64,000 bases of DNA. Origin: Candidatus Bathyarchaeum sp. Lineage in GTDB: Archaea > Thermoproteota > Bathyarchaeia > Bathyarchaeales > Bathyarchaeaceae. How positions within the stretch are numbered: position 1 is the stretch's first letter; each line of letters begins with the position of its first letter. The stretch spans positions 1 to 64,000 of the forward strand of contig JAOZIF010000136.1 of the NCBI GenBank assembly GCA_026014495.1, in the 5' to 3' direction. This document shows positions 19,214 to 28,470 of the stretch, piece after piece. Below the pieces are notes generated by a model that worked only from the letters and a program-made list of their open reading frames with translations, searched no databases and had not been told where the DNA came from. The position numbers were made by a program, and so were the translations under genes.

Positions 19214-21585
19214 GTCGTTACGTCAAAAAAGACGTGCCCTTTGAACTGGTAGAAATAGATTTGAAAACCGCTGATGATGGGCAGCTTATCGAAATCAGTG
19301 GTGAGTTGGGAATAGGCTTAAACTTAACTGAAATGAAGCTTGTTCAAAGCTATTTTTCTAGAAAGAAACGTAATCCTACAGATGTGGAGCTTCAGACTAT
19401 TGGTCAAACGTGGTCTGAGCATTGTTACCATAAAACCTTCAAGGGCGACATATCAACGCCAAATGAGCAAATCAGAAGCCTATTCAAAACATACATTGCA
19501 AGAGCAACCGAAGAACTTGACCCCGACTGGTGTATTTCAGTTTTTGAGGACAATGCGGGCATTATTGATTTTGAGAAAAACTATGCCATAGCTGCAAAGG
19601 TTGAAACGCATAATCATCCGTCTGCGATTGAGCCGTTTGGTGGAGCAGCAACGGGAACAGGTGGAGTGATACGTGATATACTTGCGGTGTGGGCTGATCC
19701 GATAGCATGCACGGATGTGCTGTGTTTTGGTCCTCTGGATTATGATTACAGTAAGCTTCCTGCTGGAACAAAGCATCCAAAATATGTTTACAGTGGCGTG
19801 GTTGCTGGGATTGGCAGCTACGGAAACAACATGGGAATCCCAACAGTGAATGGTGCCATAAATTTTGATGAAAGCTATGTTGGCAACGTGGTTGTTTATT
19901 GTGGCTGTGTTGGGCTTCTTCCTAAAGACAAGTTTGTAAAAGATACAAGAGCAGGAGATGTTGCTCTTCTTGTTGGCGGAGAAACAGGAAGAGATGGAAT
20001 CCACGGCGTAACCTTTGCATCTGCAGAATTAACCAAAGAGTCCGAGGAAATCTCCAGACCTGCAGTTCAAATCGCAAATCCCATAGAAGAAGAACGAGTC
20101 AAACGAGCAATTAACAGGCTACGGGACGCGGGTTTAGGCTCAGCCATAACCGACATCGGTGGAGGCGGAATCTCGTGCGGAACTGGAGAGATGGCTGAGC
20201 GCTCAAATCTTGGAATTCACGTTTACCTCGAAAAGATTCCGCTAAAGTATCAGGGCTTGGCGCCATGGGAAATATATGTCTCTGAATCGCAGGAAAGGAT
20301 GCTGCTGTCTGTTTCAGAGAAAAATCTAAAGAAAGCTTTGGAAGTTTTTGAAACCGAAAACGTGAAGGCAAGCCCCATAGGCAAATTCACAACTGACGGA
20401 ATCCTAAAAGTAACATACAAAGGACAAACCGTTGCAGAACTGGACATCGACTTTGTTTTTAATCCACCAAAATTTGTGGGCACCACAGACTGGCAGCCCC
20501 CAAAACTGGATGAACCAACGTTTCCAGAGCCAGCAGACTTGACCAAAGAACTGTGGGGGATGCTGTCTATGCCAAACATCGCAAGCAAAGAATCGGTCAT
20601 ACGAACCTACGACCACGAAGTTAAAGGCAACACAGTGCTAAAGCCGCTGCAAAGCAAGTATGGTGGACCAAACGATGCGGCAGTTCTAAAACCGCTACCT
20701 GATTCATGGAAAGGCGTAGTTATTTCGTCTGGACTAAACACTAACTACGGAAAAATTGACCCATACTGGATGGCAGCCTCAAGCATAGATGAGGCAATAC
20801 GAAACAATGTGGCGGTTGGTGGACGAAGAATAGCGCTGCTTGATAACTTCACGTGGGGTAATCCTCAGAAGCCTGACAGGCTAGGTTCACTAGTAAGCGC
20901 ATGTAAAGCCTGTTACGATTTTGCCAAGGGCTTTCAGACACCTTTCATTTCAGGAAAAGACAGCCTGTATAACGAATCGCCCATAGGACCAGTAACACCC
21001 ACGTTGCTAATTACTGCAATCGGGATAACCCCTGACGTAAGAAAAACGGTTTCTATGGAACTTAAACAGCCCAAAAACAGCATCTACATGGTCGGAAAAA
21101 CTTACCCTGAGCTGGGAGGCAGCCAGTACTACCAAAACAAGGGAATCCTAGGAAACACGGTTCCAAAAGTGAGAATGGCTCAGGCAAAAAACACTATGGA
21201 CCAGATTACAAAATCCATCGACAACGGGTACCTCAGGGCATGTCACGACCTGTCCGAGGGGGGCTTGGCGGTTGCGGCTGCGGAGATGGCGTTTAGTAGC
21301 GGATATGGGATAGAGTTGGACCTAAACAAGGTGCCCAGAACCGAGCAAATGTCCAGAAACGATTTTGTGTTATTCTCGGAGTCAAACAGCAGATTTTTAG
21401 TTGAAGTAACACAAAAACGCAAAACAGAATTCGAGGCACTAATGAAAGGTGTGTACTGCGCTGAAATTGGCACAGTAACAAACGATGAAGTTATGTCGGT
21501 TACTGGCTTGGACGGCAAACAGGTACTCCATGCTGACATACCAGAGTTGAGGAGACGCTGGAAAAGCGCCCTAGGAGGAAAATAA
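19210..21585 (+). CDS. purL: FGAM synthase subunit PurL
   Basis: WSEHCYHK, KVETHNHPSAIEPFGGAATG, SESQERM, SGKDSLYN, HDLSEGG. Confidence 0.97.
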   Translation: MSRYVKKDVPFELVEIDLKTADDGQLIEISGELGIGLNLTEMKLVQSYFSRKKRNPTDVELQTIGQTWSEHCYHKTFKGDISTPNEQIRSLFKTYIARATEELDPDWCISVFEDNAGIIDFEKNYAIAAKVETHNHPSAIEPFGGAATGTGGVIRDILAVWADPIACTDVLCFGPLDYDYSKLPAGTKHPKYVYSGVVAGIGSYGNNMGIPTVNGAINFDESYVGNVVVYCGCVGLLPKDKFVKDTRAGDVALLVGGETGRDGIHGVTFASAELTKESEEISRPAVQIANPIEEERVKRAINRLRDAGLGSAITDIGGGGISCGTGEMAERSNLGIHVYLEKIPLKYQGLAPWEIYVSESQERMLLSVSEKNLKKALEVFETENVKASPIGKFTTDGILKVTYKGQTVAELDIDFVFNPPKFVGTTDWQPPKLDEPTFPEPADLTKELWGMLSMPNIASKESVIRTYDHEVKGNTVLKPLQSKYGGPNDAAVLKPLPDSWKGVVISSGLNTNYGKIDPYWMAASSIDEAIRNNVAVGGRRIALLDNFTWGNPQKPDRLGSLVSACKACYDFAKGFQTPFISGKDSLYNESPIGPVTPTLLITAIGITPDVRKTVSMELKQPKNSIYMVGKTYPELGGSQYYQNKGILGNTVPKVRMAQAKNTMDQITKSIDNGYLRACHDLSEGGLAVAAAEMAFSSGYGIELDLNKVPRTEQMSRNDFVLFSESNSRFLVEVTQKRKTEFEALMKGVYCAEIGTVTNDEVMSVTGLDGKQVLHADIPELRRRWKSALGGK

Positions 21586-21588
21586 ATC

Positions 21589-22407
21589 ATGAAGACTCAG
21601 GATGTTCGTGTTCTTGTTATGCGGGTTGGTGGAACAAACTGTGACGCCGAAACCCAACGAGCCTTCACTGAATTGGGCGCACAGGCACAGGTGCTTCATT
21701 TCAACGAAGTAATAAAAAATCACAGCATTCTAGACTATAACGCGCTTGTGTTTCCGGGCGGATTCTCGTACGGCGACTACGTTAGGGCTGGAGCAATCTG
21801 GGCAACAGGAACCCTAACTAAACTACGTAAAGACCTCAAAGAGTTCGTTGAACAAGAACGACCAATTCTGGGCATCTGCAACGGCTTCCAAGTATTAGTC
21901 GAAGCAGGGCTGCTACCTGCCTTTAATGGAATAAGCGAATACCCAAAAGCAACTTTGGCAACTAACATTCCAATTGGTTACCGCTGCAAATGGGTTTACC
22001 TTAAGCACGAGAACTCTGGAAACTGCATATTCACCAAAAACATACCCAAAAACAAGGTCATGCATATACCCGTAGCTCACGGCGAGGGACGTTTCTTGTT
22101 TGCAAAAGAAAACGAAAAACGTTACCTGCAAAAACTCTACGACAACGACCAACTAGTCTTTAGATACTGCACAAAAGACGGTGACTACCCAAACGGAGAA
22201 TTTCCAGTCAACCCCAACGGAGCATTCCACGACATAGCAGGCATCTGCAACCCACAGGGAACAGTTTTTGGCTTAATGCCACACCCAGAAAGAGCCTTTT
22301 ACGGCTGGCAGTTGCCTGACTGGGCAAAAACCGAGCAAGCGCCAACGTTTGGAGACGGAAAACTGGTCTTCGAATCCATGATTGATTATTTGAAGAAACG
22401 GTTCTAG
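21589..22407 (+). CDS. purQ: FGAM synthase glutaminase subunit PurQ
   Basis: GTNCD, PGGFSYGD, GICNGFQ, HGEGRF, GLMPHPER. Confidence 0.97.
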   Translation: MKTQDVRVLVMRVGGTNCDAETQRAFTELGAQAQVLHFNEVIKNHSILDYNALVFPGGFSYGDYVRAGAIWATGTLTKLRKDLKEFVEQERPILGICNGFQVLVEAGLLPAFNGISEYPKATLATNIPIGYRCKWVYLKHENSGNCIFTKNIPKNKVMHIPVAHGEGRFLFAKENEKRYLQKLYDNDQLVFRYCTKDGDYPNGEFPVNPNGAFHDIAGICNPQGTVFGLMPHPERAFYGWQLPDWAKTEQAPTFGDGKLVFESMIDYLKKRF

Positions 22408-23306
22408 ATGGCTTTCAGGTCAGCTAATCTGGGTAGCCCTGTTCTGGCGCCAATCTTTGAGACACAGCGGGACGCAACAAAGTTTCCCAGCTTTCCACAA
22501 TCAAACAAGTCCATTCCTTTGGCTAACCCGTAAATGAATCCTGCATCAAAAGCGTCTCCTGCACCTGTTGTGTCCACAACATCAACCTTGTATGCTTCAA
22601 TTGTGTGACTCTCTTTTCCGTCAGTAACATAGCAGCCCCACTTGCCACGTTTAACAGCAACCAACTTTGCGCCCAAATCCATGAACGTCAACGCCCCTTC
22701 CTTGTAATCTTGTCCTGTAAGCAACTTAACTTCCAGTTCGTTAGGAAGAACAACAAAGCTTCGTTTTATTATCGGCTTTAGCTCATCTAAACCCTTTTTT
22801 GCATATATTGCTCCGGGGTCAAAACAGACTTTCACGTTCTGAAGCCTAGTTATGAGCTGCTTTTGGGCATCAAAGGGCTTTTGTGCAACAAACGACGACA
22901 AATGCAAAAACTTTGCGCCAGAAAAATACTCCAAATCAACTTCGTCAAAGTCTACCTGATTGTTGACTCCAGCATCAACGTAGAGTGCCCGATCGCCGTT
23001 CTGGTCGATGTATCCCATGACCTTGCCGCTTCTGCCCATTTTTGTAACTGTTATTCCGTTGACGTCAACGCCCTCTTCTCTCAGTTCGTCTAAGAGGAAT
23101 TTTCCTTCCATGTCAGAGGCAACCTTTCCAACAAACCCTGTCTTGAGTCCGAGCCTAGCCAGACCCACGATTGTGTTTGCTGCTGAACCTCCGCCAGAAA
23201 TCTTAAGGTCAGTGACAAAACCTTCCTCTTCCCTTTTGGCTATCATGTTAACCTTGAAGAGCTTGTCCAAGTTGAGGGCACCAAAACCTACGGCATCAAA
23301 ATCCAT
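22404..23306 (-). CDS. PfkB/ribokinase-family kinase (EhaT-like)
   Basis: GGSAANT...LARLG, PNELE, VDTTGAGDAFDAGF; ATG overlaps the stop of the Ftr-like gene (TGATG). Confidence 0.9.
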   Translation of the reverse strand: MDFDAVGFGALNLDKLFKVNMIAKREEEGFVTDLKISGGGSAANTIVGLARLGLKTGFVGKVASDMEGKFLLDELREEGVDVNGITVTKMGRSGKVMGYIDQNGDRALYVDAGVNNQVDFDEVDLEYFSGAKFLHLSSFVAQKPFDAQKQLITRLQNVKVCFDPGAIYAKKGLDELKPIIKRSFVVLPNELEVKLLTGQDYKEGALTFMDLGAKLVAVKRGKWGCYVTDGKESHTIEAYKVDVVDTTGAGDAFDAGFIYGLAKGMDLFDCGKLGNFVASRCVSKIGARTGLPRLADLKAI

Positions 23307-24208
23307 CAAAACAGCCCCCGCAAACCTATCTTGTGTTTACCAAGTTTTCCGCCATAATTTCCTGCAGAAACACGGACAACGCCATCAACAGCGCTTGCAG
23401 TTTGGATGCCCACCTTCATTGCTTGTTTAACTGCTTTCATTGATGTGCCATTGATTACAATTTCAGGAATATACTTTACGCCCAACGGAACCTTAGAGCT
23501 TCTTCCCAACTTAGTCTTTAGGCTATGACAGTACGGATGGTTCGTGGTAGGGCCAATCAACGGAAACCGTGTTTCAGGCTTTGAACCCGCAGAGCAAACA
23601 TCAAACGGAGTTACCACACCCTCAACTTGGTGTATGGCATCTAGCGCCTTTTTTCCAGCTTCCATAACTGCCCGTTTGGTTTTGCACATAAACCAGAAAT
23701 TGGCGCCCATAACTCCCCTTGCGTAACCCAGCTCGTTTTCTATCAAAAAATTAGAGACCATCAAAGGAACAACAATCAACTCTCTTCCGTAACGCTCTTC
23801 TGTCCACTCGTAGCCATCTCCACAGTGACCAACCCGCTCCATCATCCCAATCTTGCCCTCAGACTTAGGAAGCGCATCAAAAACAGCAGTGAACGGCTTC
23901 ACCAAAATGTCTTGCCGTAGCCTAAACGACAACTCTGCCTCAAACTTTTTCAGTGAACTTTCTAGGGGCTTGTTTTCGTCGATGCCGCCCCAAAACTGCA
24001 AAATTACGCCTTCTCGTTTGTCTGGCGTTTCTTGTTTGTTTAGGTATTTTTCGATGCCGCCTTCTGTTCTGCCGATTACTATTGCAGGCGTGGCTGTTGC
24101 CTGTTGTGCAGCTTTACATAAAACTTCAATATGGCCTGCGGTGACTATGACTCTGGAATATAATCCGTCGAAAGCTTCCGCGTAGGTATCTTCGATTTCG
24201 GCTTTCAT
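23306..24208 (-). CDS. Formylmethanofuran:tetrahydromethanopterin formyltransferase-like protein (divergent Ftr paralogue, EhaS-like)
   Basis: EIEDTYAEAF, TPDKREG, GDGY, GANF, AGSK, TTN.PYC, PEIVING, SAGNYGGKLG align with Ftr along the whole length. Confidence 0.88.
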   Translation of the reverse strand: MKAEIEDTYAEAFDGLYSRVIVTAGHIEVLCKAAQQATATPAIVIGRTEGGIEKYLNKQETPDKREGVILQFWGGIDENKPLESSLKKFEAELSFRLRQDILVKPFTAVFDALPKSEGKIGMMERVGHCGDGYEWTEERYGRELIVVPLMVSNFLIENELGYARGVMGANFWFMCKTKRAVMEAGKKALDAIHQVEGVVTPFDVCSAGSKPETRFPLIGPTTNHPYCHSLKTKLGRSSKVPLGVKYIPEIVINGTSMKAVKQAMKVGIQTASAVDGVVRVSAGNYGGKLGKHKIGLRGLF

Positions 24209-24226
24209 AATGTCCCCCTTCATATG

Positions 24227-25333
24227 TTACCCTAACTTTCCTATAGCCTCTCCCCTAACTGTCTTTCTGAAAACACTGCTCTGGCTTATCAAACGCTCCA
24301 AGTTATCAGCGGTTACCTGCTCAACCTGAGGAAAAGCTTCAGCAAATTGTAGTTTCATCTTTTCACACAAAACAGGAACCAAACAATATTTCTCAAGCCC
24401 TAAAGGACTCCAGTCGTTAACCAGATTTAGTGCTCCTTCTTTGCCCTGTCGACTGAAGACTTGCGCAAGAACAGAAGTCACAACAGTATTTCCAGAAAGC
24501 ACAGCAACATTTGACTCCCGCACAGAATAACGGTTCCCATTAAATGAAACCGCCAAGCCCCCATTCTCTTTCACTAGCCTTAATGCCTGAGCATCTGTTA
24601 TGCTGTCGCCCACATACATCACATGGTCAAGACTGCAATCCATCTTTGTAACAATATCCTGTACGGCTCGTGCTTTCTCTGTTCCGCCAACAGGATTAAC
24701 GTCAACAAGCATCCTGCCCGACTCCAACTCTGGCAACTCTTCCCAGAAAATCTCATCCAAGCGTTCAACCGTCGCTTGGTCTCTATCGGAAAAATCGGCA
24801 ACTGAACCAGCATTTTTGGGAATTTCAATCATAGGCAAGGAGGCTATTTCGTTTCCTAGCTCTTTTAGTCTCTTTGTCTCTTGGGCGGATATCTGGTAGT
24901 TATCCAAGTTCAAGCGCGTGCAGTAAGTGTTCTGGAAAGGAAAACCCGTCAACATGCACAGGGCAAAGATGTATTGCTCATAGCTGGTGCTGACAATAAA
25001 CGAGGAAAACATTTCACTGACAAACTTGAGCGTGTCTTTAGCTCCGGGAACCAACAAAACGTTTCTGGCAGAAAAATCTCTTATTTTCGCATCTGTAGCA
25101 CCGTACGCTTTCAGGAAAGGAAGAATCAGCCGCAGCGTATCCCCAGCTTTGTAGCCCTGCTTTTTAACGATGTCCGCTAAAACATCATCATACTTGCTCA
25201 CAAGAGCAAAAATTTTGTCTCCCTTATGCACAAAATGCTCTGCCAACTCAAAGGCATTATCATTTTTGGAGATTGGCCCCTCACAGTCTGACACGAAAAC
25301 TCGCGGACTTTTTTGGGACACTTCTGCTGGCAT
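24227..25333 (-). CDS. HAD-superfamily hydrolase, EhaR-like
   Basis: HAD motifs DCEGP, STS, K, GDSITD; N-terminus DCEGPISKNDNAFELAEHF...YDD.LAD....GYKAGDTL.LILPFL matches the family usually labelled EhaR (recall). ATG overlaps purD stop. Confidence 0.8.
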   Translation of the reverse strand: MPAEVSQKSPRVFVSDCEGPISKNDNAFELAEHFVHKGDKIFALVSKYDDVLADIVKKQGYKAGDTLRLILPFLKAYGATDAKIRDFSARNVLLVPGAKDTLKFVSEMFSSFIVSTSYEQYIFALCMLTGFPFQNTYCTRLNLDNYQISAQETKRLKELGNEIASLPMIEIPKNAGSVADFSDRDQATVERLDEIFWEELPELESGRMLVDVNPVGGTEKARAVQDIVTKMDCSLDHVMYVGDSITDAQALRLVKENGGLAVSFNGNRYSVRESNVAVLSGNTVVTSVLAQVFSRQGKEGALNLVNDWSPLGLEKYCLVPVLCEKMKLQFAEAFPQVEQVTADNLERLISQSSVFRKTVRGEAIGKLG

Positions 25334-26742
25334 CAGCGCCTCCTCAATTCTTCCATATGCCTGATGCTCTGGTTAATGTGACTCTTGACCGCAATGTCGC
25401 TTCTGTTCCACAGTGCCCCACCCTTGATTGCGGCTATGCCCTCTAGAGACTGTTCTCGTGCATCTTGAATAGTGTCGCCTATGCCCACAACTGCAACAGC
25501 CCGAGAGCCAAGTGCAAAGGTTTCGCCTTCTCTAAGCTCCATGGAACCCGGATACACCCTGACAGCTTCAGAATCATTTTTTACAAGCTTTTGGGTGCCA
25601 CTCAAATCAACAGCACCACCCACTTCAGCCTTGTTTACTTTGTCAGCAAACTTTGTAGAATAGCCACCATAGTCTGGAGGAACCTTATACGTCACAACCG
25701 TTGCCTTCGATTTGAAGTTAACTTTGCGCAGGTTTGCGTCTATCATATTGTAGCAAACTTCAACAAAATCGTCCTTCAAAACAGGCAAAAGCGTCATTAT
25801 CTCTGGGTCTCCAGGTCTGCTGTTGACCTCCAAAATTTTGGGACCCTTACTTGTATGAATAAAAGCTGCATAGAACGGAACTCCCCTCAACCCAGGGTTA
25901 CTTCCTTTTCCTTTCATTTCCACGAAAACCTTGTTAACAAGTTCGATTTCTTTCTCTCTGTCCCTTTTGGTCATGAAAGGCAATATGTCTCCAGCGTCTT
26001 TGTATGCGCCCATCCCCCCAGTGTTAGGACCTTCATCGCCGTCAAAGGCACGTTTGTAGTCTCGTGTTTCTGGAAGCGCAACCAAACGTTTTCCATCACA
26101 AAACGTCTGAAAACTTGATTCCTCGCCCACAACCTTCTCCTCAATTAACACTGGACCATGCTCATAGTTGGAGATGAAATGCTCAAAAACTTCTTCTGGC
26201 GTATTGAAGTGGTCACCCCAAACGCCGACTCCTTTTCCTGCAGTTGCCTTGTCAGGCTTAACAGCTACTTGGTTATCTAATTCTTTGAGCCAACCATACA
26301 CGCTCTTTTTGACCTGCATTGTGCTGCTGTAGTCTTTGGGGTCAAAAACTTTGAAGCGGGGATTAACTTCTGGCGCAACTTTTTGGAAGAGTTCGCGTTG
26401 AGCTATTTTGCTGCCTTCAATCGCATATTTTTGAGTTGGACAAATCATTGGAATTTTTGTTTTTTTCTCAACAACGTCTCTGACGCCTGCGATGATTGGC
26501 TTTTCTGGACCAACAATGCCAAAGTCTATGTTGTCGCGATGTTTTTTTGCGAATTTTGCGATTTCATCCAAGTTGAAGTCTGAGATAATTGTGTGTTTTT
26601 CGGCGTGTTTGCTGTTAAACGGGTTTTTTTGTTTGTCAACAACATAGAATTTTGGGGCATAATCTTCGCTGTGACAAAAAGCGTCTATGATTGCGGCTGC
26701 TCTTGAGCCGTACGAAATTACTAGGATGCCAACTTTTTCCAT
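25333..26742 (-). CDS. purD: Phosphoribosylamine-glycine ligase (GAR synthetase)
   Basis: GPEKP, EGSK, VKPD...GKGV, IEE...GEE, DYKRAFDGDEGPNTGGMG, EVNSRPGDPE. Confidence 0.95.
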   Translation of the reverse strand: MEKVGILVISYGSRAAAIIDAFCHSEDYAPKFYVVDKQKNPFNSKHAEKHTIISDFNLDEIAKFAKKHRDNIDFGIVGPEKPIIAGVRDVVEKKTKIPMICPTQKYAIEGSKIAQRELFQKVAPEVNPRFKVFDPKDYSSTMQVKKSVYGWLKELDNQVAVKPDKATAGKGVGVWGDHFNTPEEVFEHFISNYEHGPVLIEEKVVGEESSFQTFCDGKRLVALPETRDYKRAFDGDEGPNTGGMGAYKDAGDILPFMTKRDREKEIELVNKVFVEMKGKGSNPGLRGVPFYAAFIHTSKGPKILEVNSRPGDPEIMTLLPVLKDDFVEVCYNMIDANLRKVNFKSKATVVTYKVPPDYGGYSTKFADKVNKAEVGGAVDLSGTQKLVKNDSEAVRVYPGSMELREGETFALGSRAVAVVGIGDTIQDAREQSLEGIAAIKGGALWNRSDIAVKSHINQSIRHMEELRRR

Positions 26743-26768
26743 TAAGGCTCACCATAACATATGATTGG

Positions 26769-28256
26769 TTATTTTACGGAAGATTCGTATATTCTTCCTT
26801 TTTCGCTGTAACCGTTCTCGAATCTTTCTTTCATTTCGTCAGCCAACTTTTGGGCTAACGGGGTTGGATACTTGCCTGTAATACAACCCAGACACAGGTT
26901 TTGTTTGTCTAAGCCTGTTGCTTTAACTAGGCCATCAACGGACTGGTAGTTCACGGCGTCTGCGCCCACGATTTCGGCGATTTCTTCTGCGTCGTGTTGT
27001 GAGCCTATTAGTTCACGGTAGGTTGCCATGTCTACGCCGTAGAAGCAGGGTCCGATGATTCTGGGGAATGTGATGAAGAGGTATACTTTTTTTGCGCCCA
27101 TTTTGCGTAGTTTGGTGACTACGACTTTGGTTGTGTCGCCTCTGACTATGCTGTCGTCTACTACTGCGACGTTTTTTCCTGCGAGTTTGTGGTCTACGAT
27201 GTTGATTTTTCGGTCTATTGTGTTGTATCTTTGGTCTGAGAGTAGAATAAAGGCTCGTTCTGCGACGTATCTGTGGCGTCTTGAGGCTCTTTCCCATCTT
27301 ATGCCTGTTAATTCGTGGTATCCGTAGGCTGCGTCGTTTCCTGTTTCGGGCATGGACATTATAATGTCCACTTTGCTTGTGGTTTCAGGGTATTCCCATG
27401 CAAAGTTTCTGCCAAACTCTTCTCTAACTTCATACACGTATCTGTTTCCTAGTCTTGAGTCTGGTCGGGCAAAGTATGCGAATTCGAATGCGCATAGTGC
27501 GTGTCTTTCTCCAGGGCATAGTTGTTTTCTTTCGAAGCCGTCTTTTTTGGCGACTACAAGTTCGCCTGGGTTTACTTCAAAGTTGAAGTCAAAACTGTTT
27601 ATGTCAAGGCCCACGGTTTCTGATGATACGGCGCAGGTTGTTCCGTTTTTGCTGCAGCCGCAGCATAGGGGCCTTATTCCTTGTGGGTCTCTGAAGGCAA
27701 AGAGTTCTCCTTTTTCTGTCATTCCAGCGACGGAGAAGGCGCCTTCGATTTCTTTCATGCACCGTTTTACTGAGGAGGCTAGGTCGCCGTCTTTTGTTTG
27801 TCTTAGGAGTTTTCTGGAGATTAGTTCTGCGTCGTAGTTGAATCGAAAGTTTGGGGTTTCTTCTTGTATTTCTTTTATTATGTCAGGCGTGTTGACGACG
27901 TTGCCGTTGAAGGCGATTGCTATTTGTTTTTCTCCTCGTTTTTCCATGATTGGTTGGGTGCTTTTTACTAGTGACTCGTAGTCTGTTCCGCCAGATGTTG
28001 AGTATCTGACGTGTCCCAATCCTACAGATCCAGGAAGTTCTGTTAGCCATTTTTGGATTTCTTCCTTTTTTACTTTGGGAACAAGGTCCAAGCCTTTTTG
28101 GCTGTGGAATGTTCCGTCGTATGTTAAGAATCCGTGGGATTGGTGGCCGCGGTGGTTTTGGGATCGCAGTCCCCAGTATATGTAGGGGAAGACTGGTTTG
28201 TTTGTGAAGTCTTGTGCTGCGAAAACCCCGCATGCCTCTTTTAACTGTTCGAGCAT
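26769..28256 (-). CDS. purF: Amidophosphoribosyltransferase
   Basis: EACGVF (Ntn Cys), QNHRG, GHVRYST, FNGN, RDPQGIRPL, FAYFARPDS, VVDDSIVRGDT, CLGCITGKYP. Confidence 0.97.
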   Translation of the reverse strand: MLEQLKEACGVFAAQDFTNKPVFPYIYWGLRSQNHRGHQSHGFLTYDGTFHSQKGLDLVPKVKKEEIQKWLTELPGSVGLGHVRYSTSGGTDYESLVKSTQPIMEKRGEKQIAIAFNGNVVNTPDIIKEIQEETPNFRFNYDAELISRKLLRQTKDGDLASSVKRCMKEIEGAFSVAGMTEKGELFAFRDPQGIRPLCCGCSKNGTTCAVSSETVGLDINSFDFNFEVNPGELVVAKKDGFERKQLCPGERHALCAFEFAYFARPDSRLGNRYVYEVREEFGRNFAWEYPETTSKVDIIMSMPETGNDAAYGYHELTGIRWERASRRHRYVAERAFILLSDQRYNTIDRKINIVDHKLAGKNVAVVDDSIVRGDTTKVVVTKLRKMGAKKVYLFITFPRIIGPCFYGVDMATYRELIGSQHDAEEIAEIVGADAVNYQSVDGLVKATGLDKQNLCLGCITGKYPTPLAQKLADEMKERFENGYSEKGRIYESSVK

Positions 28257-28470
28257 ATTTTTTTCTATTGAGGTGTCCTATTTATCAATCTTTAGTACAA
28301 TTTTAAGGCAATATTTGTAGGTGTGAGTTTTGGTGTTCTTTTGTGTGGAAGAATTGTTTGCGTCGTAAAGTATGTTTGATGGCATATTATTGTGGTTGTG
28401 GGTTTGTTGCTCGTATTATAGTAAGGTATATATGAATTATGTGGGTTAGCTTTTTCGTCAAGGTGTTTTC

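Noticed and set aside
24227-25333. EhaR-like gene as evidence for an energy-converting hydrogenase
   Set aside because: No NiFe hydrogenase or membrane subunits occur in the window; the protein has plain HAD motifs and sits in a purine operon.
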